This document shows positions 52,347 through 63,255 of a stretch of DNA of 64,000 nucleotides, piece by piece. Each line of letters begins with the position of its first letter. The stretch's first letter is position 1. The notes under the pieces are model-generated. The model was not told where the DNA came from. It did no database searches and saw nothing but the letters and a program-made list of their open reading frames with translations. The position numbers and the translations under genes were made by a program. Origin of the DNA: Trebonia sp. (GTDB taxonomy: Bacteria; Actinomycetota; Actinomycetes; Streptosporangiales; Streptosporangiaceae); contig JBEKEK010000019.1 of the NCBI GenBank assembly GCA_050013875.1, positions 3,807-67,806 on the forward strand, read 5' to 3'.

Positions 52347-54140
52347 ATGCCTGCACTGGATGCTCTCCCGCGCAAGTTCGGCCCTTACCGAATTCTTGAG
52401 AAGATCGGCGAGGGCGGCATGGGCGTGGTCTACCTCGCCCGGGACGCGGCCAACCGACAGGTCGCCATCAAGGTCCTCGGACCCGCGGTGGCCGCTGACC
52501 CCGCCGCCCGGCTGCGCCTGGCCCGCGAGGTCGAGACCATGCGCCGGGTCAGCAATGCCCATGTCGCCGCGGTGCTTGACGCCGATCTCAACGGGCCGTC
52601 GCCCTATGTCGTGACCAGGTACGTTCCCGGGCAGACGCTGGAAGCGGCGGTGCGCCAACACGGCCCGCTGCGCGGGGCGGCGCTGCAGCGGCTGGCCAGC
52701 GGGCTGGCCGAGGCGCTGGCCGCCATCCACGCGGCCGGGGTGATCCACCGCGACCTCAAGCCGGGCAACGTCATGCTCGACGACGGGCAGCCGGTGGTGA
52801 TCGACTTCGGCATCGCGCACATCCAGGACTCCACCAGGCTCACCAAGACCGGCCTGGTGATGGGCACCCCTGGCTACCTTTCGCCCGAGATCATCGAGGG
52901 CAAGCAGGCCAGCGGGGCATCCGACGTGCACTCCTGGGGCACCACGATGGCCTACGCGGCAACCGGCCGCCAGCCGTACGGCACGGGCGATTTCCAGACG
53001 GTCTTCTACCGGGTACTCGCGGGCAGGCCGGAGCTGACCGGCGTCCCGCCGGCGCTGCTGCCGCTGGTCTCGGCCGCGCTCTCCACCGACCCGCTGGCCC
53101 GGCCGACCGCGCGATCGCTGGTCAGCCTGTGCGCGGCGTCGGCCGCGAACGGCACAAGCGCGCCCTACGGCACGGCCCGGCTGCCCAACGGGGCGCAGCC
53201 CACGTTGACCGGCGCCGGCGGCGGATCGGCCGTCCCAATGCCGCCGGTCGTGCCCCCTAGACCCAGCGCCGCCCCGGCGTACCGGCGCCCTGACTGGCCC
53301 GAGTACCGGTCACCGGCCCAGGCCGCGCAGGACGTAATCGACCTGCTGCCGCCGGTCGATTACGCGCGCCCGGGCGGGCGGCCCGACCGGCGGCCGCAGG
53401 GGCAGTCGCTTGGGACGCAGCAGACGCAGTCACCGGGTACCGGCCGGCCGCAGGGGCCGGCCGCCCCCCGGCCGCCGGCCCCGCCCCCGGCCGCCGGGCA
53501 TGGCCTGATCGGGCTGGCGGCGGTGGTCAGCGCCATCGGGATCAGCCTGCTGCTCCCGGTCGCGGGGACGATCCTCGCCCTTGGCGTCATCACCCTGCTC
53601 CGCGCGGCCGACACCGCGCAGGTGTCGCTGTCGGATCGGCGCAGCGTGCGCGGCGCCCGGCCGAGCGACATCCTGCTGGTCATCATCACGGCCCCCTGGA
53701 CCGTCGCCCGCGCGCTGCTGAAGACCGTCCTGCTCGCGCCGCTGGCGCTGGTCGTGGCGGTGCCGGCCGCGATCGCGGCGGTCGTGCTTGCCCGCGCGGG
53801 AACGCTGCCGGCGGCGCTCAGCTGGGGGGCCGCCGCGGCCGTCGCCTTCTACTGCGTGGGCCCCGGCTCGGGCAAGCCCCGGCGGCAGCTGCGGCGGATG
53901 TCGGCCGCGGTCATCCGTTCCCGGGGCGCCATGATCGCCGCCTGCATCTCGGCCGTGGCGCTGGCCCTGGCGATACTCTCCTCGGCGCTCTCGCAGCCGC
54001 CGCTGATCTGGCCCGCCACCGCCTCGACGATCCCGCACCTGCTGCCGACGGTCAATATGCTGCCGTCACTCGGCGGGACCCTGCACGCCGTCCAGCGGTG
54101 GCTGCTGGCTCACTCCGTGGGCATGCTGCACCTGCCCTGA
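52347..54140 (+). CDS. Hanks-type Ser/Thr protein kinase with Pro-rich linker and multi-TM C-terminus
   Basis: IGEGGMGVVY, VAIK, HRDLKPGN, DFG, GTPGYLSPE, SDVHSWG. Confidence 0.95.
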   Translation: MPALDALPRKFGPYRILEKIGEGGMGVVYLARDAANRQVAIKVLGPAVAADPAARLRLAREVETMRRVSNAHVAAVLDADLNGPSPYVVTRYVPGQTLEAAVRQHGPLRGAALQRLASGLAEALAAIHAAGVIHRDLKPGNVMLDDGQPVVIDFGIAHIQDSTRLTKTGLVMGTPGYLSPEIIEGKQASGASDVHSWGTTMAYAATGRQPYGTGDFQTVFYRVLAGRPELTGVPPALLPLVSAALSTDPLARPTARSLVSLCAASAANGTSAPYGTARLPNGAQPTLTGAGGGSAVPMPPVVPPRPSAAPAYRRPDWPEYRSPAQAAQDVIDLLPPVDYARPGGRPDRRPQGQSLGTQQTQSPGTGRPQGPAAPRPPAPPPAAGHGLIGLAAVVSAIGISLLLPVAGTILALGVITLLRAADTAQVSLSDRRSVRGARPSDILLVIITAPWTVARALLKTVLLAPLALVVAVPAAIAAVVLARAGTLPAALSWGAAAAVAFYCVGPGSGKPRRQLRRMSAAVIRSRGAMIAACISAVALALAILSSALSQPPLIWPATASTIPHLLPTVNMLPSLGGTLHAVQRWLLAHSVGMLHLP

Positions 54141-54725
54141 GCCGTAATCGGCCAGCGGCCGGACCAGGCCGAGGGAGATCACCAGGTTGGCCAGCCGGGC
54201 ACGCCGGTTGACGCCCTCCGGCACCCGGAACTTCACGTAGAGCCTGAGCAGGTGCTGTTTGACCGCGGCCTCGGTCACGGTCATGTCGACGGCGATCTCC
54301 TTGGCGGTGGCGGGCGTGATGAACGCGTCGTCCGACAGTGCCGGGCGGCAGAGCGAGATCAGCACGTCAAGCTCGCGGCGGGTCAGTTCCGGCGCGGCCG
54401 CGCGGCGCTGCTCGACCTCGGCCGTCGCTTCCTCGGAGGGCAGGCCCTCGATCCGGCACCGGGCCGACCCGAAGGTCAGCACGTCGCCGTCCTCGAGCAC
54501 CCGGCGGGCAATCGGCCGACCGTTTACCCGCGTGCCGTTCCGTGATAATCCAAGGTCGGCCAGGTAAAAGTAGGGGCCGCGGCGCACGATTTCTGCGTGT
54601 AGTCGGGAAACGCTCGGATCAGCAAGCCGGACATCCACCCGGAGGCCGCGCCCGATCGTAGTTACCTCGTCGCGTAGCGGAATTACTTCCCCGGTGTCTT
54701 CAATGCGAATGTAGGGCGAGTTCAC
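54066..54725 (-). CDS. FHA domain plus LuxR-like HTH protein
   Basis: FHA residues IGR, VSRLHA, SRNGTRVNG, LEDGD; C-terminal LTRRELDVL...KEIA......AVKQHL.RLY.KF...R..L. Confidence 0.85.
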   Translation of the reverse strand: MNSPYIRIEDTGEVIPLRDEVTTIGRGLRVDVRLADPSVSRLHAEIVRRGPYFYLADLGLSRNGTRVNGRPIARRVLEDGDVLTFGSARCRIEGLPSEEATAEVEQRRAAAPELTRRELDVLISLCRPALSDDAFITPATAKEIAVDMTVTEAAVKQHLLRLYVKFRVPEGVNRRARLANLVISLGLVRPLADYGSGQVQHAHGVSQQPPLDGVQGPAE

Positions 54726-54893
54726 GCCAGACCTTCCCGTCTATCGGCGACGTGACGCTTATCTCACTCTATCGTTAGTTGGGAATTTCCCCCAGTGCGT
54801 GCGGCCGGGCTTCGCCGTCGGCCGGTAAGCTCGCCAGTGAGCAGCCAGAAGGCCGGCCGTACGCACGCGGCCGACCGCGGGAGACGATCGATC

Positions 54894-55214
54894 ATGACGT
54901 CCGAGTCTAAGCATGCGTCGGCCAAGGACCACCGCGCCGGTGACGACGGGAGTATCGTCGCTGTCATCCCGTACCTGACCGTCCTGGTCTGCGCGGTCGC
55001 AGGCGTTTACATCGCCTGGCGCCAAGGCTCGGCGGGCGGCGGACAGGGGGCTGTCGTCGGCGGCGTCGCGCTGCTGGCCGGCGCTCTCCTCCGACTGGCT
55101 CTCCCGGCCCGGCTGGCAGGCCTCCTGGGCACCAGGAAACGGGTAACCGACGTGCTCACGCTCAGTGTCCTCGGTGCCGGCCTGATTGTCGCGGGCCTGG
55201 TAGTGCCGCGTTAG
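54894..55214 (+). CDS. Small membrane protein (DUF3017-like)
   Basis: Three hydrophobic segments, LRLALP...AGLL.TR...DV; position upstream of icd is typical. Confidence 0.75.
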   Translation: MTSESKHASAKDHRAGDDGSIVAVIPYLTVLVCAVAGVYIAWRQGSAGGGQGAVVGGVALLAGALLRLALPARLAGLLGTRKRVTDVLTLSVLGAGLIVAGLVVPR

Positions 55215-55272
55215 GGTCAAACCGGCTAGCCGGAGGCGGGGTGCGGCGTTTTCCTTCACCGGGGTGCGGCGG

Positions 55273-55290
55273 TATCTTGACGTCGAGAAG
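55273..55290. promoter_or_regulatory. TamR-like operator upstream of icd-mdh
   Basis: tatcttgacgtcgagaag (near-palindrome tcttgacgtcgaga), ~30 bp before the icd start. Confidence 0.7.
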
Positions 55291-55319
55291 AAATCTCCAG
55301 AGCAGGAGCTGGCAACACG

Positions 55320-57509
<2,190 letters not shown>

Positions 57510-57596
57510 CGGGCGCTGGGTGCCACCGGCTGACCTGCAGGCTAGGACAATGTGACAAGCTCGAAGGCGAGCTATGAGAACAGGGAGATTTCACGA

Positions 57597-58553
57597 ATGG
57601 CACGCAAGGGCAAGGTAGCCGTCATCGGGGCTGGCTTCTACGGATCGACGACCGCGCTGCGGCTGGCTGAGTACGACATCTTCGACGAGGTCGTGCTCAC
57701 CGACATCAGGGACGGCTGGGCCGAGGGTCTCGCGCTTGACATGAACCAGGCACGGGCCATCGAAGGCTTCGAGACCAAGGTGACCGGCAAGACGACCGGC
57801 GCGAACGGCGAGGGCTACGAGGTGCTGGCCGGCGCGGGCGTCGTGGTGATCACCGCCGGCCTGCCGCGCAAGCCGGGCATGAGCCGGATGGACCTGATCG
57901 AGGTCAACGCCAAGATCGTCCGCCAGGTGGTGGAGAACGTCGCCAAGCACGCGCCCGAGGCCGTGCTGATCATCGTCTCCAACCCGCTCGACGAGATGAC
58001 CGCGCTGGCGGCGAAGGTCTCCGGCTTCCCGACCGCGCGCGTGCTTGGCCAGGCGGGCATGCTGGACACCGCCCGGTTCTCCTTCTTCGTGGCGGAGAAG
58101 CTCGGCGTGCCGGTCGGCTCGGTCAAGACCCTGACCCTCGGCTCGCACGGCGACACGATGGTGCCGGTGCCGTCGGCCTCCTCGGTGGACGGCAAGCCGC
58201 TCTCCGAGGTGCTGTCCGAGGCCGAGATCGAGCCCCTGGTCACCCGGACCCGCAACGGCGGCGGCGAGGTCGTCGCGCTGCTCAAGACCGGCTCCGCTTA
58301 CTACGCGCCGTCGGCCGCGGCCGCGCGGATGGCGCGGGCGGTGGCCGAGGACACCGGCGAGATCATGCCGGTCTGCGCCTGGGTCGACGGCGAGTACGGC
58401 ATCTCCGGCGTCTACCTGGGCGTCGAGGCCGAGATCGGGGCGGGCGGGGTCAAGAAGATCGTCGAGCGCGACCTGACCGAGTCAGAGCTCGCGGGCCTGC
58501 GCGAGGCGGCCGAGGCCGTCCGCGCCAAGCAGGCGGATGTGGCGTCGCTCTAG
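57597..58553 (+). CDS. mdh: Malate dehydrogenase (LDH-like type)
   Basis: GAGFYG, TAGLPRKPGMSRMDL, SNPLD, LDTAR, GSHGD, GSAYYAP; ATG follows GGGAG. Confidence 0.95.
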   Translation: MARKGKVAVIGAGFYGSTTALRLAEYDIFDEVVLTDIRDGWAEGLALDMNQARAIEGFETKVTGKTTGANGEGYEVLAGAGVVVITAGLPRKPGMSRMDLIEVNAKIVRQVVENVAKHAPEAVLIIVSNPLDEMTALAAKVSGFPTARVLGQAGMLDTARFSFFVAEKLGVPVGSVKTLTLGSHGDTMVPVPSASSVDGKPLSEVLSEAEIEPLVTRTRNGGGEVVALLKTGSAYYAPSAAAARMARAVAEDTGEIMPVCAWVDGEYGISGVYLGVEAEIGAGGVKKIVERDLTESELAGLREAAEAVRAKQADVASL

Positions 58554-58563
58554 CTGAGCCTCT

Positions 58564-59715
58564 CTAGCTGAAACCAGGCCGCACATCGTCCCCTCGCCGG
58601 CGTGCCGCTGGCGAGGGGACCGCGTCAAGGTACTCCGGTGCCGCCCAGCCGCGCTCCTGGAAAGTCTCAGACAGTAGTGAACGTACGGTTGCTTCGCGCT
58701 CGGCGGGAATGAGAGCCAGTACCGAGCCGCCGAAGCCGCCGCCGATCATCTTCGCCCCATAGGCACCCGACCCGATGGCCACGTCCACGGCGGCGTCCGC
58801 CTGCGGCCAGGAGACCTCGAAATCGTCCCGCAGCGACACGTGCCCCTCGGTCAGCAGTGTCCCGACATACCGGTACGTATCGGCCCGGTACTTATCGGTG
58901 CGATCCGCGCCCCCGCGCTGCAGGGCCGACGCGATTGCCCGTGCTCTGGCGCTGTCGTTGATCACGTGCCGGGCGCGGCGCCGCAGCACCGGGTCGGCTA
59001 GCGCCGCGACCGCGTCGGCGTCGGCCAGCAAGCCGAGCGCGGGTACGCCGAGCAGCCGCGCGGCCTCCTCGCACTCGGCCCGCCGCGCCGCGTACTCGCC
59101 GGATACCAGCCGGTGGGTGACGCTGGTATCGACGATAAGGGTGACCGCCCCGGCGGCTGACGGCCGGAACGGCACCTGCGTCCGTCCCAGCGTCCCGCAG
59201 TCGAGCAGCATCGCGTGACCCGGCTGGCAGAGCAGCGTCGCCGACTGGTCGATGATGCCGGTGGGCGCGCCGACGAACTCGTTCTCCGCGCGCTTGGCGA
59301 TCAGCGCGAGCTGCTCGCGCGGCACCGACACGCCCGACAGTGAGCACAGCGCCAGCGCCACCGAGCACTCGAGCGCGGCCGAGGACGACACGCCGGCGCC
59401 GACCGGCAGGTCGGAGTCGATGTCAATCGACGCGCCAACGATGCCGAACCCGGCCTCGCGCAGCGCCCAGGCCACGCCTGCCGGATAGGCCGCCCAGCCG
59501 TTCACCGAGCCGGGCGCGAGCTCGTCAAGGGCGACCGTGACCTGGTCGTCCGGCTGCTGCTTGGAGGACAGCACCAGCAGCCCGTCGTCGCGCGCGGTGG
59601 CGGCCGCGGTCACGCCCTGGGCCAGCGCGAACGGGAGCACAAGGCCCTCGTTGTAGTCAGTGTGCTCGCCCATCAGGTTGGCCCGCCCCGGCGCGAACCA
59701 GACTTCCGTGCTCAT
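58564..59715 (-). CDS. galK: Galactokinase
   Basis: APGRANLMGEHTDYN, PVGAGVSSSAA, SLRDDFEVS, GAKMIGGGFGG; ATG 59715 follows GAGG. Confidence 0.92.
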   Translation of the reverse strand: MSTEVWFAPGRANLMGEHTDYNEGLVLPFALAQGVTAAATARDDGLLVLSSKQQPDDQVTVALDELAPGSVNGWAAYPAGVAWALREAGFGIVGASIDIDSDLPVGAGVSSSAALECSVALALCSLSGVSVPREQLALIAKRAENEFVGAPTGIIDQSATLLCQPGHAMLLDCGTLGRTQVPFRPSAAGAVTLIVDTSVTHRLVSGEYAARRAECEEAARLLGVPALGLLADADAVAALADPVLRRRARHVINDSARARAIASALQRGGADRTDKYRADTYRYVGTLLTEGHVSLRDDFEVSWPQADAAVDVAIGSGAYGAKMIGGGFGGSVLALIPAEREATVRSLLSETFQERGWAAPEYLDAVPSPAARRRGDDVRPGFS

Positions 59716-59916
59716 TGCCGCCTCATGTCGCCTCTCCCGGCAGTGCCCGTCTCTCACCTGTGGCACTGCTCCTCTGTGGCACTGCTCCGCATCCACGGGC
59801 GGAAACGCTATCCGGTCTAGACTGTCGCCTGGAACTGGCTTGGGACATAAATGTGCGGGTAACCTGCCGGGACAGTAATCAACGGGTGGGCAGCGGAGGA
59901 AGTCGGCGATCGCAGC

Positions 59917-61305
59917 GTGAGCAGGGTCGTCCTGGACGTCATCATCGTCCTTGTCATTGTGTCCATTGGCGGGTTCTTCTCCGCCTCGGAGATGGCGCTC
60001 GTCTCGCTCCGCGAGACTCAGGTGCGATCGCTGTCCAGGCGCGGCAGGCGCGGTGCCAAGGCGGCAAAGCTCGCGTCGGACCCGAACAGGTTCCTGTCGG
60101 CCGTGCAGATCGGCGTGACGCTGGCGACGCTGGTATCCGGCGCCTTCGGCGCGGACACGCTTGTCGGGCTGCTGCACAGCTGGCTGGTGCGGCACGGCGT
60201 GTCCGGCGACGTGGCCTCCCCGCTCGCGTTCGGCATCGTCACCGTCTGCATCACCTTCGTCAGCCTGGTGCTTGGCGAACTCGCGCCCAAGCGGATCGCG
60301 CTGCAGCGCTCGATGTCGCTCGCGCTCTTCGCGGCCCCGCTGCTCGACCGGATCGCGACGCTCGCCCGGCCGGTGGTCTGGCTGCTTTCGCTGTCGGTCA
60401 ACGGGGTCGTCACGCTGCTCGGCGGAGACCCACGGCAGGGCCGTCAGTCGATGACCGAGCAGGAGGTCCGCGAGCTCGTGACCGGCACGCAGACGCTCAG
60501 CGCGGACGAGCGGCGCATCGTCGGGGAGGTCTTCGACGCCGGGAAGCGGCAGATCCGCGAGGTGCTGATACCCCGCACCGAGGTCGAGTTCCTGGCCGCG
60601 GGCACCTCGGTCGGCGAGGCCGCGGAAATCGCCGCGAGCGTCCCCTACTCACGGCTGCCGGTCTATCAGGACTCCTACGACAACGTCGTCGGGTTCGTGC
60701 ACATCAGGGACCTGCTCGGCCCGGCCGCGCCGGAGCGCTCCACCCTGGTCGACCAGGTGGTCAGGCCGATCAAGTTCCTGCCGATCAGCAAGACCGTGCT
60801 CAGCGCGCTCTCCGAGATGCGCCGTGAGCGGGCGCACATGGCCATCGTGGCCGACGAGTACGGCGGCACCGCGGGCATCATCACCCTGGAGGACCTGGTG
60901 GAGGAGCTTGTCGGCGACATCAGGGACGAGTACGACACCGGCGAGGCGGTAGCGAAGAAACTCCCGCGCGGCGAGGTCGAGGTGGACGGCCTGCTCAACC
61001 TGGACGAGTTCGCGGAGCAGACCTCGATCCGCCTGCCCGAGGGCCCCTACGAAACCGTCGCCGGCTTCGTCCTGGCCGCCCTGGGCGAACTCCCCGAGCC
61101 GGGTGCCTCGGTCAATGTCCCCGGCTACACCATCACCGTCACAGAAATGGACGCCCGCCGCATCTCCCGGCTCCGGGTGACCCCCACCCCGGACCCGGCG
61201 CCCGAGCCTCCTGCGCAACCACACACCCCGGAAAACAGCCCTTCAGGCAACAGCCCCGCTGGGACCAGCCCGACCGGCACCAGCCCTTCGGGGACCGGCT
61301 CGTAG
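59917..61305 (+). CDS. Hemolysin-family CNNM/CBS/CorC_HlyC transporter-associated protein
   Basis: FFSASEMALVS, FLSAVQIGVT, GELAPK, YSRLPVY, DEYGGTAGIITLEDLVEE.VGDI.DE, YETVAG. Confidence 0.93.
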   Translation: MSRVVLDVIIVLVIVSIGGFFSASEMALVSLRETQVRSLSRRGRRGAKAAKLASDPNRFLSAVQIGVTLATLVSGAFGADTLVGLLHSWLVRHGVSGDVASPLAFGIVTVCITFVSLVLGELAPKRIALQRSMSLALFAAPLLDRIATLARPVVWLLSLSVNGVVTLLGGDPRQGRQSMTEQEVRELVTGTQTLSADERRIVGEVFDAGKRQIREVLIPRTEVEFLAAGTSVGEAAEIAASVPYSRLPVYQDSYDNVVGFVHIRDLLGPAAPERSTLVDQVVRPIKFLPISKTVLSALSEMRRERAHMAIVADEYGGTAGIITLEDLVEELVGDIRDEYDTGEAVAKKLPRGEVEVDGLLNLDEFAEQTSIRLPEGPYETVAGFVLAALGELPEPGASVNVPGYTITVTEMDARRISRLRVTPTPDPAPEPPAQPHTPENSPSGNSPAGTSPTGTSPSGTGS

Positions 61306-61497
61306 TCGGATTGACCGTCGCTGAGAGTCGTGGAATGGGTGTTCGCGGTGGTTCGCACCGGCCATGAGCGTCTTCAGCGGCCAAAAATCCCGGGTCTTTC
61401 ACTGGCGCGTCCAGGACAAATGCAGAGCAGGAGCTGGAGAATAATGGGCGGCAAGAAGCCGCTCCTGCAATTGACCTTTCCCACCATCGGACTTCTC

Positions 61498-61833
61498 ATG
61501 GAATCCAAGCGCGAAGTGCCCGGTCCGCTGACGGAAGAAGTACTCGGTCTGCTGGCGGAAGATGTCTACACGCCATGGGAGGTTGCCGCCCAAGTGCCAG
61601 CAGGGAGGCCGGAACTTGAGCAGGCAATCGGCAGCCTGCTCCAGGCCGGGCTAGCCGAGTGGTTCATGCGCACGGACGACTCGGCGAAACCTGTCGCCTG
61701 GTCGGAACTGCGCTTGCCGGAACCGGACCTGGCCGACGGTCGCACGTGGGCACTCCCTGCTCTAGGCGAGCGGCAGATCCTGCTTGGCATCACGGACGCG
61801 GGGGACGAGGCTTACTTCTGGTTTCCCGGATAG
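61498..61833 (+). CDS. Hypothetical protein, possible winged-helix fold
   Basis: VLGLLAED...WEV.....ELEQAIGSLLQAGLAEW...ITDAG; lower GC3; start uncertain. Confidence 0.5.
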   Translation: MESKREVPGPLTEEVLGLLAEDVYTPWEVAAQVPAGRPELEQAIGSLLQAGLAEWFMRTDDSAKPVAWSELRLPEPDLADGRTWALPALGERQILLGITDAGDEAYFWFPG

Positions 61834-61859
61834 CCGTCGGCTTTCCCGGATAGCCGTCG
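61822..61859. repeat. 18-bp direct repeat (20-bp period) spanning a stop codon
   Basis: tttcccggatagccgtcg at 61822-61839 and 61842-61859. Confidence 0.88.
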
Positions 61860-61905
61860 CGTGAACGGCCAGCCATCTCGGTCATTGTGTCCGGGGCGGG
61901 CGTGG

Positions 61906-62136
61906 TCAGGGCCGGGCGCCGGCGTTTAGCCAGGTGGCGAAGGTCTGGATCTTGTCGGCTGGCCAGCGGCCGTCGCAGGGCATCGATCCGTCTTGCAGGC
62001 GGCCGAGGATGGCCTGGCCGTGGGCGGCGACGTCGGTCGCCGACCAGAGATCGAAGGCCCTGCTCATCGAGGTGCGGTCTTTTTCGCGGAACAGCGGCTT
62101 GATGTCGTGCTCGAAGCTCAAGGCGGGCGTGGACAC
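61906..62136 (-). CDS. Small conserved hypothetical protein (cytochrome c domain-like, no CxxCH)
   Basis: SFEHDIKPLFR...M..FDLW......IL.RL..GSMPCDG.WP...F..W...G; GTG follows AGGAG. Confidence 0.72.
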   Translation of the reverse strand: MSTPALSFEHDIKPLFREKDRTSMSRAFDLWSATDVAAHGQAILGRLQDGSMPCDGRWPADKIQTFATWLNAGARP

Positions 62137-62341
62137 GGGCGGGACTCCTGTCGTGGTGGAACGTTCCAGATGTTCCTGTCTGGAGTTGCTGTGGCTCAAG
62201 CGTGACTGATGCAGCACGGTCTGTCATCAGTCATACCTCAGTCATACGCCACTGAAATCGCGTGCATTTCCGGACATTTTGCGGGAAGCGTTACGGGGCC
62301 GGCCTGTACGGGCCGTCGACGCCTTCCTAAGGAGCCGGAAC

Positions 62342-63181
62342 GTGTCAACACGGACGCAGCGCTATGCCAGACGGACCAGAGCCAGCGGGAGCGCGGCCGG
62401 GCGGAGCGGGGGCGGCGCGCTTGCGCTGCTCGGCCGGGCGGGCTTCCTTGCCCGCGGAATCATGTACATCGTCATCGGCTGGATCGCGTTGCAGATCGCC
62501 TTCGGCCACACTCGTCAGCAGGCCGACAGGACCGGGGCGCTGCACGAGCTGAGCTCAACGCCGTTCGGCAAGGTGGCGCTCTGGATACTCGTCGTCGGCT
62601 TCATCGGCATGACGCTGTGGCGGCTGTCGGAGGCGATCTGGCCCACCGGTGACGGGCGGAAAGCCGGTAAGCGGGTGCTGGCGCTGGCCAAGGCCGTGCT
62701 CTACGCGGTCATCGCTTACGGCGTGCTGAGGTACGCGCTCGGCCTGGGCTCCCCGCAGTCGAGCAATACGCAGTCGGTGGACCTGACCGCCACGCTGATG
62801 CGGCACGCGGGCGGCAAGGTGCTGGTGGTAGTGATCGGCCTGGTCCTCATCGGCGCCGGCTTGTATCTCGGCTACCAGGCCTGGCGGGAACGTTTCCGCA
62901 AGGAAATGGACCTGGGACGGCTGAGCCCGCGGACGCGGAAGATCGTCATCTGGCTAGGCCGGGCCGGCGGCGTCGCCCGCGGAATCGTGTTCATCACGGC
63001 GGGCATCTTCCTCGTCGTGGCCGCCGTCGAGGCGAAGCCGGGGCAGGCCAAGGGGATCGACTCGTCGCTGCGGGTGCTCGCGACCACGCCGGCCGGCCCC
63101 TGGCTGCTTGTGCTGGTCGCGATCGGGCTCATCATGTTCGGCCTGTTCTCCTGCTGCGAGGCCCGTTGGCGCCGGTTCTAG
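62342..63181 (+). CDS. DUF1206-like membrane protein
   Basis: GRAGFLARGIMY, PFGKVAL, WRLSEA, GRAGGVARG, GID..L..L...PAGPWL; GTG follows AAGGAG. Confidence 0.85.
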   Translation: MSTRTQRYARRTRASGSAAGRSGGGALALLGRAGFLARGIMYIVIGWIALQIAFGHTRQQADRTGALHELSSTPFGKVALWILVVGFIGMTLWRLSEAIWPTGDGRKAGKRVLALAKAVLYAVIAYGVLRYALGLGSPQSSNTQSVDLTATLMRHAGGKVLVVVIGLVLIGAGLYLGYQAWRERFRKEMDLGRLSPRTRKIVIWLGRAGGVARGIVFITAGIFLVVAAVEAKPGQAKGIDSSLRVLATTPAGPWLLVLVAIGLIMFGLFSCCEARWRRF

Positions 63182-63255
63182 GGCAGGCCCGCCGGTGACC
63201 GGAGGCAACTACACTGTGCCGTTACACGGGATGTACCTGGTGGAAGGCGGTCGGT

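Noticed and set aside
59716-60195. N-terminal extension of galK
   Set aside because: It overlaps the divergent corC-like gene; galactokinase similarity begins at ATG 59715.
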